Source: a virus | Taxonomy: Duplodnaviria; Caudoviricetes | DNA: 62,273 bases | Direction: 5' to 3' (one strand) | IMG/VR virus record: IMGVR_UViG_3300046779_000501 | Span: 1-62,273 of that record | Translations under genes and position numbers: made by a program | Shown here: positions 1-11,063 of the stretch, one piece after another | Numbering within the stretch: the stretch's first letter is position 1 | Layout of the letters: each line of letters starts with the position of its first letter | The notes under the pieces: model-generated | Told to the model about the DNA's origin: nothing | The model's database searches: none | The model's input: the letters and a program-made list of their open reading frames with translations, nothing else

Positions 1-2
1 CA

Positions 3-788
3 GAATCACAATTAAAAGACATTCTAGATTCATTTATAAGGCAAAGTACTACCTTATATCCATTAGGAGAGATGCGAAATTATGACTTAGAGTTATCTGG
101 TTTGGAGGATGATGCTAAAGATTCACAAACAAAATCAGGTACTAAGAAACAAAAAGATCCTAAAGCAAACGAAAAAGCAGCAGTAAAGAGGAAACTAAAA
201 GATATACGAGCAGCGATAAATAAGATAGAAACAAAAGACGAGTTATCGAAATTTAAATTACTTTTGACAACAGCTCAAGAGTTGGGTATCTTGGATGAAA
301 TTAAAAACAAACAAGGTGTTACTCCCGAGGTGTTTAAAGCTCTGATGGACCAAAAGATTAAACAAGTGGATAACCAAATAACAATAGCACAACTTACTGA
401 ACCTGAAGGAATTGTAACTTTCACATTTATGAACAAGAAAGGAGAACAAAGAACAGGTTTAGTTATGGGTGTAGTTGATGGTACCAAATTGGAAATTAGA
501 GATATTACTGATGAATTAGAGACATCTCCAAGCGATTGGAGCTTTGCTGGTTCAGGAAAAAGTATTATCTTATCAGAGAAGGATGTTAATAAACAAGTTA
601 TTGCTATGAATATCGAATCTAAGATAGAGAAACCTGATGCTAGAACTAAGACAGAATCTAACAACGCACAGGCGACCGCAGCTGAAGATTTTGAAGCAAG
701 CAAGGAAGAGTTAAAAAAACTTGATTTAAACAACCCAAATGCTGCAGATGATGCAGCCAGTGATTTATTTGATAAATGTGATCTTTAA
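3..788 (+). CDS. C-terminal part of a large virion cargo/ejection protein (5' truncated by window edge)
   Basis: Frame is open from position 3 (gaa tca caa tta...) through the ORF-track ATG at 72. Stop overlaps the next ATG (TAATG). Lies directly upstream of the virion RNAP, as in crAss-like cargo gene blocks. Confidence 0.7.
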   Translation, partial: ESQLKDILDSFIRQSTTLYPLGEMRNYDLELSGLEDDAKDSQTKSGTKKQKDPKANEKAAVKRKLKDIRAAINKIETKDELSKFKLLLTTAQELGILDEIKNKQGVTPEVFKALMDQKIKQVDNQITIAQLTEPEGIVTFTFMNKKGEQRTGLVMGVVDGTKLEIRDITDELETSPSDWSFAGSGKSIILSEKDVNKQVIAMNIESKIEKPDARTKTESNNAQATAAEDFEASKEELKKLDLNNPNAADDAASDLFDKCDL

Positions 789-3700
789 TGAATAGTATTA
801 TATGTAATCCTTCTAAGGAATGGAAATTCTCCAAAGAAGATGGGTATAAAGTAGATAAGTTTGTTGTAGCTAGACTATCGCAGAGTTTGAAGTCTGGTCA
901 ACCATTTAATCTACTAGCGTTTATAAATAGCATCTATGATGAAACGCTAAAGAACACTAATGATCCTGATAAGTCATTGACTATTGCACGTCAAGTCACA
1001 AGTTCTATTGACTTAGCTAAACAAGTATTTCCAGAATTAAGGAAAGAGATGTTAGGTAAGGTGGATCCTATACAGTTTGAAACACTTGCTATCAACTTTA
1101 AAGAGTCTTTAGACAGTGTTGCTAACGCACTTAATGATTATAGAAAATCTATTACACCTGACATTGCTTCTAAGTTAGAGTCAGCTACAACTAGTGTATC
1201 TATTCAACCCATGGAGATGGGTCTTTTCTTTCAGCAGCACGTTCCTTCTTCTGCGTTGACCACATCCGGAAACGAGATCGGTTATGATCCAGAGGATGTT
1301 ACTCGTGATCTTAGATGGTACTATGACTTTCTAAAGCATCTTGGTGAGAATAATATATTTGCTAACGAAGATGGTACTATTACCTACCAAGATAAGCAGC
1401 TACAAATAAGATTGGTATACGGAACTCCAGAGAACATACCAGTCTCAATGCTCTACTCTTATGAAAGAGAGAACGCTAGTGCAATAAGTAGAGTAAAGAA
1501 TCAATTGTTTGTTGTATTTACTGATGCAAATGGTAATAACGTATTCTTTAATGAGTCATATAATTTAACTGATGCTTCTCAAGGAAAGCTTATTTATTTT
1601 CCATTAAGAACCTTACCTAAGTATACTGTAGAGAATGGTGTACGTAAGTTTGATCTTAGCACAGTAGAAGGAACAAAGATTCAGACTATTGCAAGTATTG
1701 CAAAGCGTCTTGGTGTTACAGAAGATGTCGTTCGTCAAAGATATATCGATCAGTACAACGAGCTTGCTGCTGTTGTTGAGTATCTTAAAAAGGATAAATC
1801 TAGAAAAGCTCCGTTGAATCTAACAAGAATCAGTAGAGGTTTTATATTTAGATCTAAAAGAGAGAATAACACACCCTTATCTGAGATTACAAATGCTCAA
1901 GAATTTAATCCTATAGTTGTTACTAGTAAGGATGCTAAAGGTGAGATCTTACGTGGATTTAGACCAGCTGGTGTAGAAGAGATTGTTCCTTTTGTAATGA
2001 ATGATTTCCCATTAGACCTTGCAGAAAAGACAGCAGATCTATTGCTTGAGACATTAAAAGATCAGAGCGGTAGAGATATTACTATTATTGATAAAGGTAA
2101 GATCATCAGTAGATATATTAAACTACGTAGTGAGTTTGATATTGATTTTAAGTCTGAGAAGATAACCCTATACGGAAGACCATTGTCTTCAGATAAAGCT
2201 ACAGCACGTAAAGAATTAATTGCATTCTTTACTAGAGCTGTTAAAGGTAAATCTACAACTGACAATTTAGAGATCGAGTTTAAGAACAAGCTTTGGTTTT
2301 CTGAGAAATATAAAGGTGTTTCCTTTATAGATTTCATGATCAGAAAGAACGCAGAAGGTCCATCTATTCTTTATACACAAGAGAGTGATTATATTGATTG
2401 GGTTAAAAGAAACGCATACGTTCCTGCAAAAGTAATCCGTGGTGAGATTCGAGAAGAGAATGGTTACATGGAGTTTGATATTCCTCAAGAAACTAAAATA
2501 GAATCAACACGTGACAGTATTGATAAAGCTTTACAAGAGGAAAGAGATCGTTATAAGAAGTCTCAAGAGTCTGTAACTGAAGCTCAGGTTATAGAAGCTA
2601 CAGAAACAACAATTGATCCTGTATCTGATTATGATGATTTGTTAGATGAGCTTAACAGAACACAACCCGGAGTAGAAGCGCCAGTATCTAAACAAGATAT
2701 AATAGGTGGAAAGAACTGGTATGATAACCAAGTAGTAACTTACAGAAATGAGAAAGGTGAACTTGTTCAAGCTAAACTTTCTGATTTAATTGGTTACAAC
2801 GAAGCATTCAACATCGCAAATGCTAATGGTAAAGTCCGCGCTACATGGAATAGAAATGGTATTACACTATTTAAAGGATCCGACTATACAGATTTGTATC
2901 ACGAAGCATGGCATGGTTTTACACAATGGTTCTTAAATGCAGATCAGAAATTAGAATTGTATAACGATTTAAAGTCTAGAGAAGAGAAAATAAAATTCTA
3001 CAAAGACGGTCGTTGGCAAACTATGAATAGTAAAGACTTAGACTTTACTAAGATAGAACATGTAATCTATGCGGAAGAAGATCTAGCTGAGAAGTTTAGA
3101 AATTACATGCTAGGTAGATACAATCCTAAGTCTGTTAAACAAAAGAGTATATTTAAAAAGATACTTCAATTTATTAAGAGCTTCTTTGGGTTATCTACAG
3201 ATATGACTAAACTAGACGCTAGTCAAAGTCCTATTGAAGTTATGTTTGACAAACTTCGTGTAGGTAATCTATCTGATTATACTTTCTCGGAAAAGAATTT
3301 AAATGCTCAGATTAATAAACTTAATCAGGGTATCACAGCATTACCGGATAGTCCTAGCAATTTAAAGAATTTAAACATAACAGATTCTTTAATGTTGGTG
3401 GATGGTGTTACAGATATAATGTCTCAGATTGTAGATAGTATTAACAAGCGTACTGGTAGTATTAAAGCTACAGCGGCATTGTTCCAACAACCTGCGTTTA
3501 GAGAAAGAGTACTTAATGATGTACGTGCTGAGTTTATAAAAAGAAGAGATGCTTTGCAAGCAGAGTTAAATGAGACTCAGGATAATGTTCGTAAACAAAG
3601 AATTGAAAATATACTACCGTCATTAGACTTTGCTATTAATGAGTTTGGTAACCCATCTAATCCTAAAGCAGGTGGTTTATTAAAGTACTATAATGATAGA

Positions 3701-6700
3701 ACTGGGTTCTTTGATATTAGTTCTAAATCAAAATCTATTGATGAAGATACACCAGTTAATGGTGACTCTACTCAAGAACTTGCAGAACCACAAGATAGAG
3801 AAGGTCTAGCTGCAGGAAGCGGTAATGAGTTTTCTGCAATTGACAGAATGGATGATAGCGTAAGATTCCTTCTTACCACTTTATTTAAACGTGTTCAACC
3901 ATCAGAAGCATCCCCTGAAGGATTTGAATTAAACAAATTAGGATTCAGAACTACACTAACTGCTGAAGAAGCTGCTGGCGTAATCTTCCCAATTGTTTCA
4001 GATTCATTGACAAGAGAAGAGATGTATGATAAACTTGTAAAAGCACAAGCATCTAGATCTACATCTAGTAGTAAATATAGATTCCAATTCTTAGGACAAC
4101 TACTTGCTAAGTTAGGTAACCCTGAGAACATTGAGACATTTACAGAGAACTCAATGTGGGCATCTTTCTTCCACAGTTTTAGATATGATAAACTAAATGG
4201 TCTACAAATTAATATAACCAATGTTGTTAATGATGTACCCACTGGAGAATATTATATTGATGATTATACCGGGGAGGAAGTTGTTGAGACAGAAAGAAAA
4301 CAATCTGTAAGAATTACAACAGGTACGTCTGATTCTGCAGATAAAGAGGTAGGACGTAGACTTAAAAGAAAATTTGAATTAGGTAAGGTTACATCTCCGT
4401 TCATTAAGAGAAATCAGAACAACGAGATGGAATTAGATATTGCAGCAGTGCTATCTAAGTATCCTACACCAGCTGCAGCAAAAGCAGATTCTATTGCGTT
4501 CTTGAAAGATCTTGGAATAGAACTTACTGATACAAAAGAAACAAGACGTATACTAGAGCAAGGGTTTGCAAATATTATTACTAACGTCTTTACCACTATT
4601 AAAGAAAGAGTAGACAATAGAGATAGTGTTGTTAAATCTATTGACGGTAAATCACCTAGTAGTTTATTCTATGGTAGAGCTCGTTTATGGAATGAGATTC
4701 TACAATTAGAAAGTAAGTACGGAGGTACTATTGCTTCTTACATGATCCGTAATGCAAACAATGATTTGCAATCTGAGATGTTTAATCCGAGCGCGGCTGG
4801 TGTAATTATCAACCTTCTAAATAAAGCTACACACTATGATGCTCTTATCAGTGATCCTAGAACAAGTCACTTCTCAATTGAAAGAAATCCTTTCATTAAA
4901 GCTAGTCGATTGTTTAAGGAAATGTTTGGTGAGCATGGTTATAAACAAAAGCGTAAAGCTGCGTCAGGAGAGAACATTGGTTTGAAGTTCTCAACTCTTT
5001 TGGGAACACAGGCGTTGCAAGAAGTTAATGATGCACTACCTGTATTGCTAAGAGGTGTTAAGTCAGCTGAGTCTGATGAGCAGACTGCTATGCTACGTGA
5101 CTTCTTCTTTATGACCTTACTTGGTACTACAGAAGCTTTCCGTCATGCAGATAAGACTAGTGCTTTTGTTGTAGGTCTTGATAATGGTGACTTGTATCAT
5201 TATGTAGAACCTAAAGCATTTTTGTCAGATGCTGGTAAGATGAATAGAAACAGACAGTTGTTGTCTTATCTTGCTGCTGAGATTGAGCGTATTAGAAAAG
5301 TAACTAAGAAGAATGCATCTGGAGAGAATGCTTCTGATATCATTCTATGGGGTAAGAAAACAACCGGTTACAAGACATATGAAACAGAAGGTGCTAAGTT
5401 TGCAATCTTCGATGATATCCTTACTGATAGAGTTAAGGAGAAGTTGTTGAGCATTGATGAGATGCAGGACTATGAAAGCGTAAGAAGCTACTTAGGTCAG
5501 CATCCAGAATTAACTGCTGTTATACAAAATCAGTTTAATGATTACTTTGATAAACTTTCTCGTACTGATTACAATATCATAAAAAGTTTTGGTGTAATTA
5601 AAGCTGATGGATTCTTCAATACAATTAAAGATCGTTTCCCAGAACTAGGTAAACAAAGTAACGAGAAGATATTATCAGCAGCTAGTGAGGCATTTACTAC
5701 AAACATGTTCTTGCACAGACTAGAGATGTCCGTATTATTCTATGGAGATCCTGCTACATTTAATCACGATAAGGATGAGCACATGAAGCGTATTCCTACG
5801 TTCTTTGCTACTGGTAGAATTCCTATTACAGATGATGTAATGGAAAGATTACTTACCAATGATAAGTTTAGAGGAAAGTATGCTGAGTCTGAGTGGTTTA
5901 GATCGTCAGGACTAGCTGTTTCTGGAGGAAGTGTTGAAGGTAAAATATTAAGTACAGCTGTTGTACAAGATCCTATTGATAAATCAGATTACTTAGATCA
6001 GATGCTTAAAGTTGCTGCAGAACAAGGTGTTCCTGAGCGTGACTACAAAGCATACAAGTCTATGGAAAGTGCTGATGGTGAAGCGTGGGTATCATTTGAC
6101 GCATATCGTGCATTGGAGATACGATTGAATAACTGGTCAGATTACAAACAGAACTTATACGAGAAGATTCTTAGAAACGAAAAGGTAGATCCTAGTGAAA
6201 CTCTAAAGGCATTTTTCCCAATTAAGAAGTTTCAATACGCTGGTCCACTAGCATTAGAGAATCTTGCAACAAATGCAATTCACAAGTACTCGGTTATTCC
6301 GTTGATTCCAACATTGATTAAAGGGACTCGTCTCGAGTCACTCCATAATAAGATGGTGTCACAAGGTATAGCGTATACTGTAATGCATTCAGGTTCTAAA
6401 AATACTTCTATCGGAACTGATGGATCTATTGATACATTCTATACAGATAACTACGAACCTCTATGGACGGCAGACGATTATAAGTTTACCAAGAACAGAA
6501 TCTTTGTTGATTACTTGAAAGAGCAGTTGGTTACAAAGGATTACTTTAAAGAAGAAATCAAGTTCCCAACTCAGATGCGTAAATTGATCACTGCTGGTTT
6601 GGATAGTTATGGTGTTCCTATAGATTATAAGTCTAAGGAAACAGGAGAAGCAAGAAAACAAGAATGGGATAACCTTTCAGAGAAAGAAAAAAACAATCTA

Positions 6701-9700
6701 TCACTTAACCACAGATTAAAAGAAGCATATGTATCATCTATGAAAAAGATGATTGATATTGCTGAAACTAAATTAAGATTAGATTTAGGATATAAGGATC
6801 CTAATTCTGTTGATGATGGACAACCTATAGTAGATTTAGAAAAGCTTATTAATTATATTAAGAGCAGTTTAACTGCGCAAGATCTTGATGAGCAATCGGT
6901 CGACTTCTTACAGCTTACATCTAGTGGTGCTCTTAAATATCCAGGTGACTTATCTAGTAATCCTACTAAGATAGCAAAGGTTATTACAGCATTAGTTAAT
7001 AAAAGAATCATTGATCAGATTGTTCCCGGTGAACAGTACATCCAAGCATCTGGTGTAGGATTTGAGAAGTTCTCTAAACCAACTGAAAAAGATCTTGTAA
7101 AATACGGATCTAACGGATTACCATTCTACTATTGGGAAGAGGGTATGGAGAACGTATCCGCAATGAAGATTAAGATTGCTTTACATGGAAACTTTAAACA
7201 CCTATTGAAATTAAAACACAATGACGACAATGTTATTGGTACAATAGAGCGTTTGAATGAGATGGTTAGAGATGAGGAGTGGTTGAATAAAGGAGAACAT
7301 CGTAAGATGATTACTCTAGTAGGTGCTCGTATCCCAACTCAAGGTCCTAACTCTATGGAGTTTATGGAGGTGTTTGAGTTCTTACCAGAAGAAGCTGGTA
7401 ATATCATGGTCTTTCCATTAGAGATTGTAGCTAAGTCAGGTGGTGACTTTGACATCGATAAGATGATTACAATGGTACCATCTATTCAAGTCATCAACAA
7501 TGAGGTGATGATTAGAAAATCAAAAGCTACAACTAAGACATTAGATCAGATTCAGACAGCTCTTGATGAAGCATATGAAACTAGGAAGAAGCTTAATGCT
7601 AAGTATAGAGATCTGTTAGATGAGGAACTAGATAAGATGGAGTTAACTCCAGAACAAAAAGAGTTACGTAATTCATTCTTATCACCATTCTATAAAGCAT
7701 TTGATGCAACAACTAAAGAAGTATCAAGATTAAAGATAGAGTTAGCGTCTTCTAAAATAGATCCATCGGTTCAAGATTGGCAGATTGAAATTCTATACAA
7801 AGACATTGACGATGCGGAGATTGCTGCAGAGACTGCGTATGATAATCTATCTGAGAAAAAGAAAGAAATAGGTAAAGAACTCGGTAAGGAGAAGTTTGAA
7901 AAAGCTTTAGAGTCCATTAACAAGAAAAAAGAATCTGATAAGGGTTACAAAAAAGTATTGTCTACAATTAAGGATTTACTACTAGAGAAAAATACTTATG
8001 ATCCAGAATCTGAAGTTGGTAATGTAATGGATGCTATGAGAGGTATCTTAAGTAGAGCTGATAACTATATCAATCTAACACGTCCTAACTCTACAGCAGT
8101 ATTTACAGAAGATCCTACATTTGAGGATGAAAGTATCTCATCATTCTTAGATCCGGTTAACCGTACTTATAGAAGAGGTACCAATGTGACTAACAAATTA
8201 GTTGGTAAGAAGATGTCACCAACGCGAATCTTTGAAAATGTATATAATACAGTAAAGGCTGCTGCATTGTACAACGGTAAGATGGGTGTTGGTATGTTGG
8301 CAACGGGTAATACTTTCCATGAACTAGCAAGACAATCTAACTTGTTTATGGAACCTTTCAGAACAGAAGAGAAGAAAGGTAAAGAGTATGTTATACCACA
8401 AGTATTATTATTAAATCATAATACTGATAATGTAAATGATCAGAAGGTTATCTCATTAGCTGGTTTAAAAGATTACAATCTAGAGAACTATACAGCGGAT
8501 GTGATTTCTCAGTTAATGAACGGATACTTAGACGTTGCTAAGGATGACTGGGTTTATTCTATCAATGCTATTAAGCAGATGGAAGGTCAATTTGAGTTTA
8601 TGATGTTAGCAGGTGTTCCTGTAAAGACGGCAGCATTGATGTTAGCTCAACCTCTTGTACGTGATTACTTAAGCAAACTTAAAAAGTTTGGTAGTCCGTT
8701 TACATTGTTCTCTCCTGAAGATGGTATTGCAAATAATAATTTTGCTAAGATAGCTGCTATAAAAGATGTGCTTCTTAACAATGATATGGCGGAGAATGTT
8801 TTCCCCAAAAGAAAAGATGGTACTTATCAGAAGTTAATCAATACACCACAGATAATTACTGGCGCATTGAATTATATTGGAGATAGAACGGAGAACTTTA
8901 CAGATGAAGAGTTGATGGATAGATTGAATGTTAGACCTAGAAGTCAAGAGATCAATGAATTTGACAGACAGATCTTTGCACAATTTATAAATCTTACTTA
9001 CATGGCAGATCAGATTACATCTTTAAAGATGGCAATTCGATTTGATACTGTAAAGAACTCTAGTTATTTTGAAGCTTCAAGACAAGCATCAGACTTGTAT
9101 AGAATTCTAGATAAAGCTTTCTCTGAGAAGAGTATTGCTAGATTATTAGGTCAAACTATTGTAGGTTCTTTTATCAAAACTGATTTGATTAGAGAAGCTA
9201 TTCAAAGTGTATTACCATCTAACGGATCTGTTACTGTAAATAAAGCGATCATTAGAGCTCTTAATAACATGGATGATCTAAGTTATGATGAGCAATTACA
9301 GTTTGCTGAGGAGTTTAATAATGATTTGATTCTATATAGATTCCAGAACAAACTTTATAGCACTAATCCTTTTGATACAACCTATAGAGATCAGAGTATA
9401 TTTGAAGAGCAGATTCTTGAAAGAGGTGTGTTCTTTGATCCAAGAACTAATACATTCCATGTAGACAAGCGACAGATCGCAAGAGACTTTGATAGTTATG
9501 CGTTTACAAAAGACACTGAGTTTCAAGCGGGTGTTCCTGCAACAATGTTTATAAGATTTGATCCTACTATAAGAAAAGCAGTTTACTATAAGTTCTTATT
9601 GGAGAGAGAATACTTGAGAGCAACAATGCCTTTTACAGACATTGCAGACAATATGGAGTTCTTACAGTTCCTTACTCAGATTGGTAATAACCAAGATATG

Positions 9701-11062
9701 GAGAAGCGCTACGAGGAGTTCATTAGAAACAAAGCTTTAGAGAATCTATTGGTTGATACTGCATTGTTTGATGCTACTAACAAACAGTACAACATGGTGA
9801 CGTTTGCTGATAAGTTCTTACGAATCATTCAGGATAATCCTCAGTTGGTTACAGACTTCCCCGTTTTAGAAATGATTGGTGTAATGCAGTCTGGAACAAT
9901 GCGCTTCTTGAAATTGAACTCAAAAGTTACTGACGGTACATTGTTGACTGCCTATAAAGATCAGATGGCAAATCTATCAGATCCTAATGTCACTAAGGTT
10001 CCCAATAAACAACTTAATAAATATATCAGTGATGTATTTGCTAAGATGAATTTAGTTGGTTACTTGCAAGCAGGGTCTAATACAAAGTCTGAGATCTATA
10101 TGATGTCTATACTAGACAACACACCTGTTGCTGAGATGATGGCTGAAGACGTTCGCAATAGTGTAAAAGAGTATGAGACTGAAAAAGGTCAAAGATTCTT
10201 AGAAACCTTTGCAGATAAGTTTTCCAATAAGTTTGCAGGTGTTGGTAGAAGAAGATACGTAAACTATACAGACGCTGGTATTGCAATCATCACACCACAA
10301 CTAGAAGCAGGTCCTGTTAGACTAGACAGAAACAAGTATAAGTTTAATAGTACAAATGTTTATGTAGACTTAGAGACCGGAAGTATTGCTAACGTAAAGA
10401 TGTTTGCCGACTCACAATTTGCTGGAGACAATGGATACAAATTAAGTATTGCAACAGCAGAAGATATGATTGCTGCAAATTCAGATAGTACTTATGTATA
10501 TGATGATGAGTTTCCTGAAGCTAGTATGGTTAATGGTGAATTACAGTTCAAACCAGATCCTACAACACCAAAGCAGATGGGTCACTTAGCATTAAGAGCA
10601 GGTCTTGCTACAGAAAATACTTTAGGTATACCTGTTGTAAAACAGAATGGAGAATCTCCAAGAAATGACAGTAAAGCATTTGAAGTATCAGCAATGTTAA
10701 TTGATCAAAAGATTGATAGACTAATTGCACTAAGAGATGCTGGCAAAGAATTAATATTTCCGTCAGATGGTTTAGGTAATAGACTTTTAGGATACTTTAG
10801 AAATAAGAGAGGAGCTTTGGAAAAGAGCGATAGACTTGATACAAACCCTGATTTATACTTATATTTGTCTAAGAGACTTCTAAAAGAGTTCGGTTATAGA
10901 AACCCTATGATGTTAAAAGCAAATATAAACTTCACGACATCTGCATTAGAGGGAGCTTCGAATCCACTAGAAATGATTCAAAAACATTATAAAGAGAACG
11001 ATCTACAACGTATAACAGATGTTGAAGTAATTGATTTTTTAAAAACTTGTAAAGGTATATAA
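788..11062 (+). CDS. Giant virion-packaged RNA polymerase, crAss-like, unsplit, with zincin-like protease domain (3424 aa)
   Basis: Catalytic loop KSGGDFDIDK (DFDIDK at 7445-7462) preceded by RIPTQG, and an ADGEAW motif upstream. Zincin HEAWH at 2900-2914 followed by EEDLAEKF. Matches the phi14:2 gp66/crAss RNAP family. Confidence 0.93.
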   Translation: MNSIICNPSKEWKFSKEDGYKVDKFVVARLSQSLKSGQPFNLLAFINSIYDETLKNTNDPDKSLTIARQVTSSIDLAKQVFPELRKEMLGKVDPIQFETLAINFKESLDSVANALNDYRKSITPDIASKLESATTSVSIQPMEMGLFFQQHVPSSALTTSGNEIGYDPEDVTRDLRWYYDFLKHLGENNIFANEDGTITYQDKQLQIRLVYGTPENIPVSMLYSYERENASAISRVKNQLFVVFTDANGNNVFFNESYNLTDASQGKLIYFPLRTLPKYTVENGVRKFDLSTVEGTKIQTIASIAKRLGVTEDVVRQRYIDQYNELAAVVEYLKKDKSRKAPLNLTRISRGFIFRSKRENNTPLSEITNAQEFNPIVVTSKDAKGEILRGFRPAGVEEIVPFVMNDFPLDLAEKTADLLLETLKDQSGRDITIIDKGKIISRYIKLRSEFDIDFKSEKITLYGRPLSSDKATARKELIAFFTRAVKGKSTTDNLEIEFKNKLWFSEKYKGVSFIDFMIRKNAEGPSILYTQESDYIDWVKRNAYVPAKVIRGEIREENGYMEFDIPQETKIESTRDSIDKALQEERDRYKKSQESVTEAQVIEATETTIDPVSDYDDLLDELNRTQPGVEAPVSKQDIIGGKNWYDNQVVTYRNEKGELVQAKLSDLIGYNEAFNIANANGKVRATWNRNGITLFKGSDYTDLYHEAWHGFTQWFLNADQKLELYNDLKSREEKIKFYKDGRWQTMNSKDLDFTKIEHVIYAEEDLAEKFRNYMLGRYNPKSVKQKSIFKKILQFIKSFFGLSTDMTKLDASQSPIEVMFDKLRVGNLSDYTFSEKNLNAQINKLNQGITALPDSPSNLKNLNITDSLMLVDGVTDIMSQIVDSINKRTGSIKATAALFQQPAFRERVLNDVRAEFIKRRDALQAELNETQDNVRKQRIENILPSLDFAINEFGNPSNPKAGGLLKYYNDRTGFFDISSKSKSIDEDTPVNGDSTQELAEPQDREGLAAGSGNEFSAIDRMDDSVRFLLTTLFKRVQPSEASPEGFELNKLGFRTTLTAEEAAGVIFPIVSDSLTREEMYDKLVKAQASRSTSSSKYRFQFLGQLLAKLGNPENIETFTENSMWASFFHSFRYDKLNGLQINITNVVNDVPTGEYYIDDYTGEEVVETERKQSVRITTGTSDSADKEVGRRLKRKFELGKVTSPFIKRNQNNEMELDIAAVLSKYPTPAAAKADSIAFLKDLGIELTDTKETRRILEQGFANIITNVFTTIKERVDNRDSVVKSIDGKSPSSLFYGRARLWNEILQLESKYGGTIASYMIRNANNDLQSEMFNPSAAGVIINLLNKATHYDALISDPRTSHFSIERNPFIKASRLFKEMFGEHGYKQKRKAASGENIGLKFSTLLGTQALQEVNDALPVLLRGVKSAESDEQTAMLRDFFFMTLLGTTEAFRHADKTSAFVVGLDNGDLYHYVEPKAFLSDAGKMNRNRQLLSYLAAEIERIRKVTKKNASGENASDIILWGKKTTGYKTYETEGAKFAIFDDILTDRVKEKLLSIDEMQDYESVRSYLGQHPELTAVIQNQFNDYFDKLSRTDYNIIKSFGVIKADGFFNTIKDRFPELGKQSNEKILSAASEAFTTNMFLHRLEMSVLFYGDPATFNHDKDEHMKRIPTFFATGRIPITDDVMERLLTNDKFRGKYAESEWFRSSGLAVSGGSVEGKILSTAVVQDPIDKSDYLDQMLKVAAEQGVPERDYKAYKSMESADGEAWVSFDAYRALEIRLNNWSDYKQNLYEKILRNEKVDPSETLKAFFPIKKFQYAGPLALENLATNAIHKYSVIPLIPTLIKGTRLESLHNKMVSQGIAYTVMHSGSKNTSIGTDGSIDTFYTDNYEPLWTADDYKFTKNRIFVDYLKEQLVTKDYFKEEIKFPTQMRKLITAGLDSYGVPIDYKSKETGEARKQEWDNLSEKEKNNLSLNHRLKEAYVSSMKKMIDIAETKLRLDLGYKDPNSVDDGQPIVDLEKLINYIKSSLTAQDLDEQSVDFLQLTSSGALKYPGDLSSNPTKIAKVITALVNKRIIDQIVPGEQYIQASGVGFEKFSKPTEKDLVKYGSNGLPFYYWEEGMENVSAMKIKIALHGNFKHLLKLKHNDDNVIGTIERLNEMVRDEEWLNKGEHRKMITLVGARIPTQGPNSMEFMEVFEFLPEEAGNIMVFPLEIVAKSGGDFDIDKMITMVPSIQVINNEVMIRKSKATTKTLDQIQTALDEAYETRKKLNAKYRDLLDEELDKMELTPEQKELRNSFLSPFYKAFDATTKEVSRLKIELASSKIDPSVQDWQIEILYKDIDDAEIAAETAYDNLSEKKKEIGKELGKEKFEKALESINKKKESDKGYKKVLSTIKDLLLEKNTYDPESEVGNVMDAMRGILSRADNYINLTRPNSTAVFTEDPTFEDESISSFLDPVNRTYRRGTNVTNKLVGKKMSPTRIFENVYNTVKAAALYNGKMGVGMLATGNTFHELARQSNLFMEPFRTEEKKGKEYVIPQVLLLNHNTDNVNDQKVISLAGLKDYNLENYTADVISQLMNGYLDVAKDDWVYSINAIKQMEGQFEFMMLAGVPVKTAALMLAQPLVRDYLSKLKKFGSPFTLFSPEDGIANNNFAKIAAIKDVLLNNDMAENVFPKRKDGTYQKLINTPQIITGALNYIGDRTENFTDEELMDRLNVRPRSQEINEFDRQIFAQFINLTYMADQITSLKMAIRFDTVKNSSYFEASRQASDLYRILDKAFSEKSIARLLGQTIVGSFIKTDLIREAIQSVLPSNGSVTVNKAIIRALNNMDDLSYDEQLQFAEEFNNDLILYRFQNKLYSTNPFDTTYRDQSIFEEQILERGVFFDPRTNTFHVDKRQIARDFDSYAFTKDTEFQAGVPATMFIRFDPTIRKAVYYKFLLEREYLRATMPFTDIADNMEFLQFLTQIGNNQDMEKRYEEFIRNKALENLLVDTALFDATNKQYNMVTFADKFLRIIQDNPQLVTDFPVLEMIGVMQSGTMRFLKLNSKVTDGTLLTAYKDQMANLSDPNVTKVPNKQLNKYISDVFAKMNLVGYLQAGSNTKSEIYMMSILDNTPVAEMMAEDVRNSVKEYETEKGQRFLETFADKFSNKFAGVGRRRYVNYTDAGIAIITPQLEAGPVRLDRNKYKFNSTNVYVDLETGSIANVKMFADSQFAGDNGYKLSIATAEDMIAANSDSTYVYDDEFPEASMVNGELQFKPDPTTPKQMGHLALRAGLATENTLGIPVVKQNGESPRNDSKAFEVSAMLIDQKIDRLIALRDAGKELIFPSDGLGNRLLGYFRNKRGALEKSDRLDTNPDLYLYLSKRLLKEFGYRNPMMLKANINFTTSALEGASNPLEMIQKHYKENDLQRITDVEVIDFLKTCKGI

Positions 11063-11063
11063 A

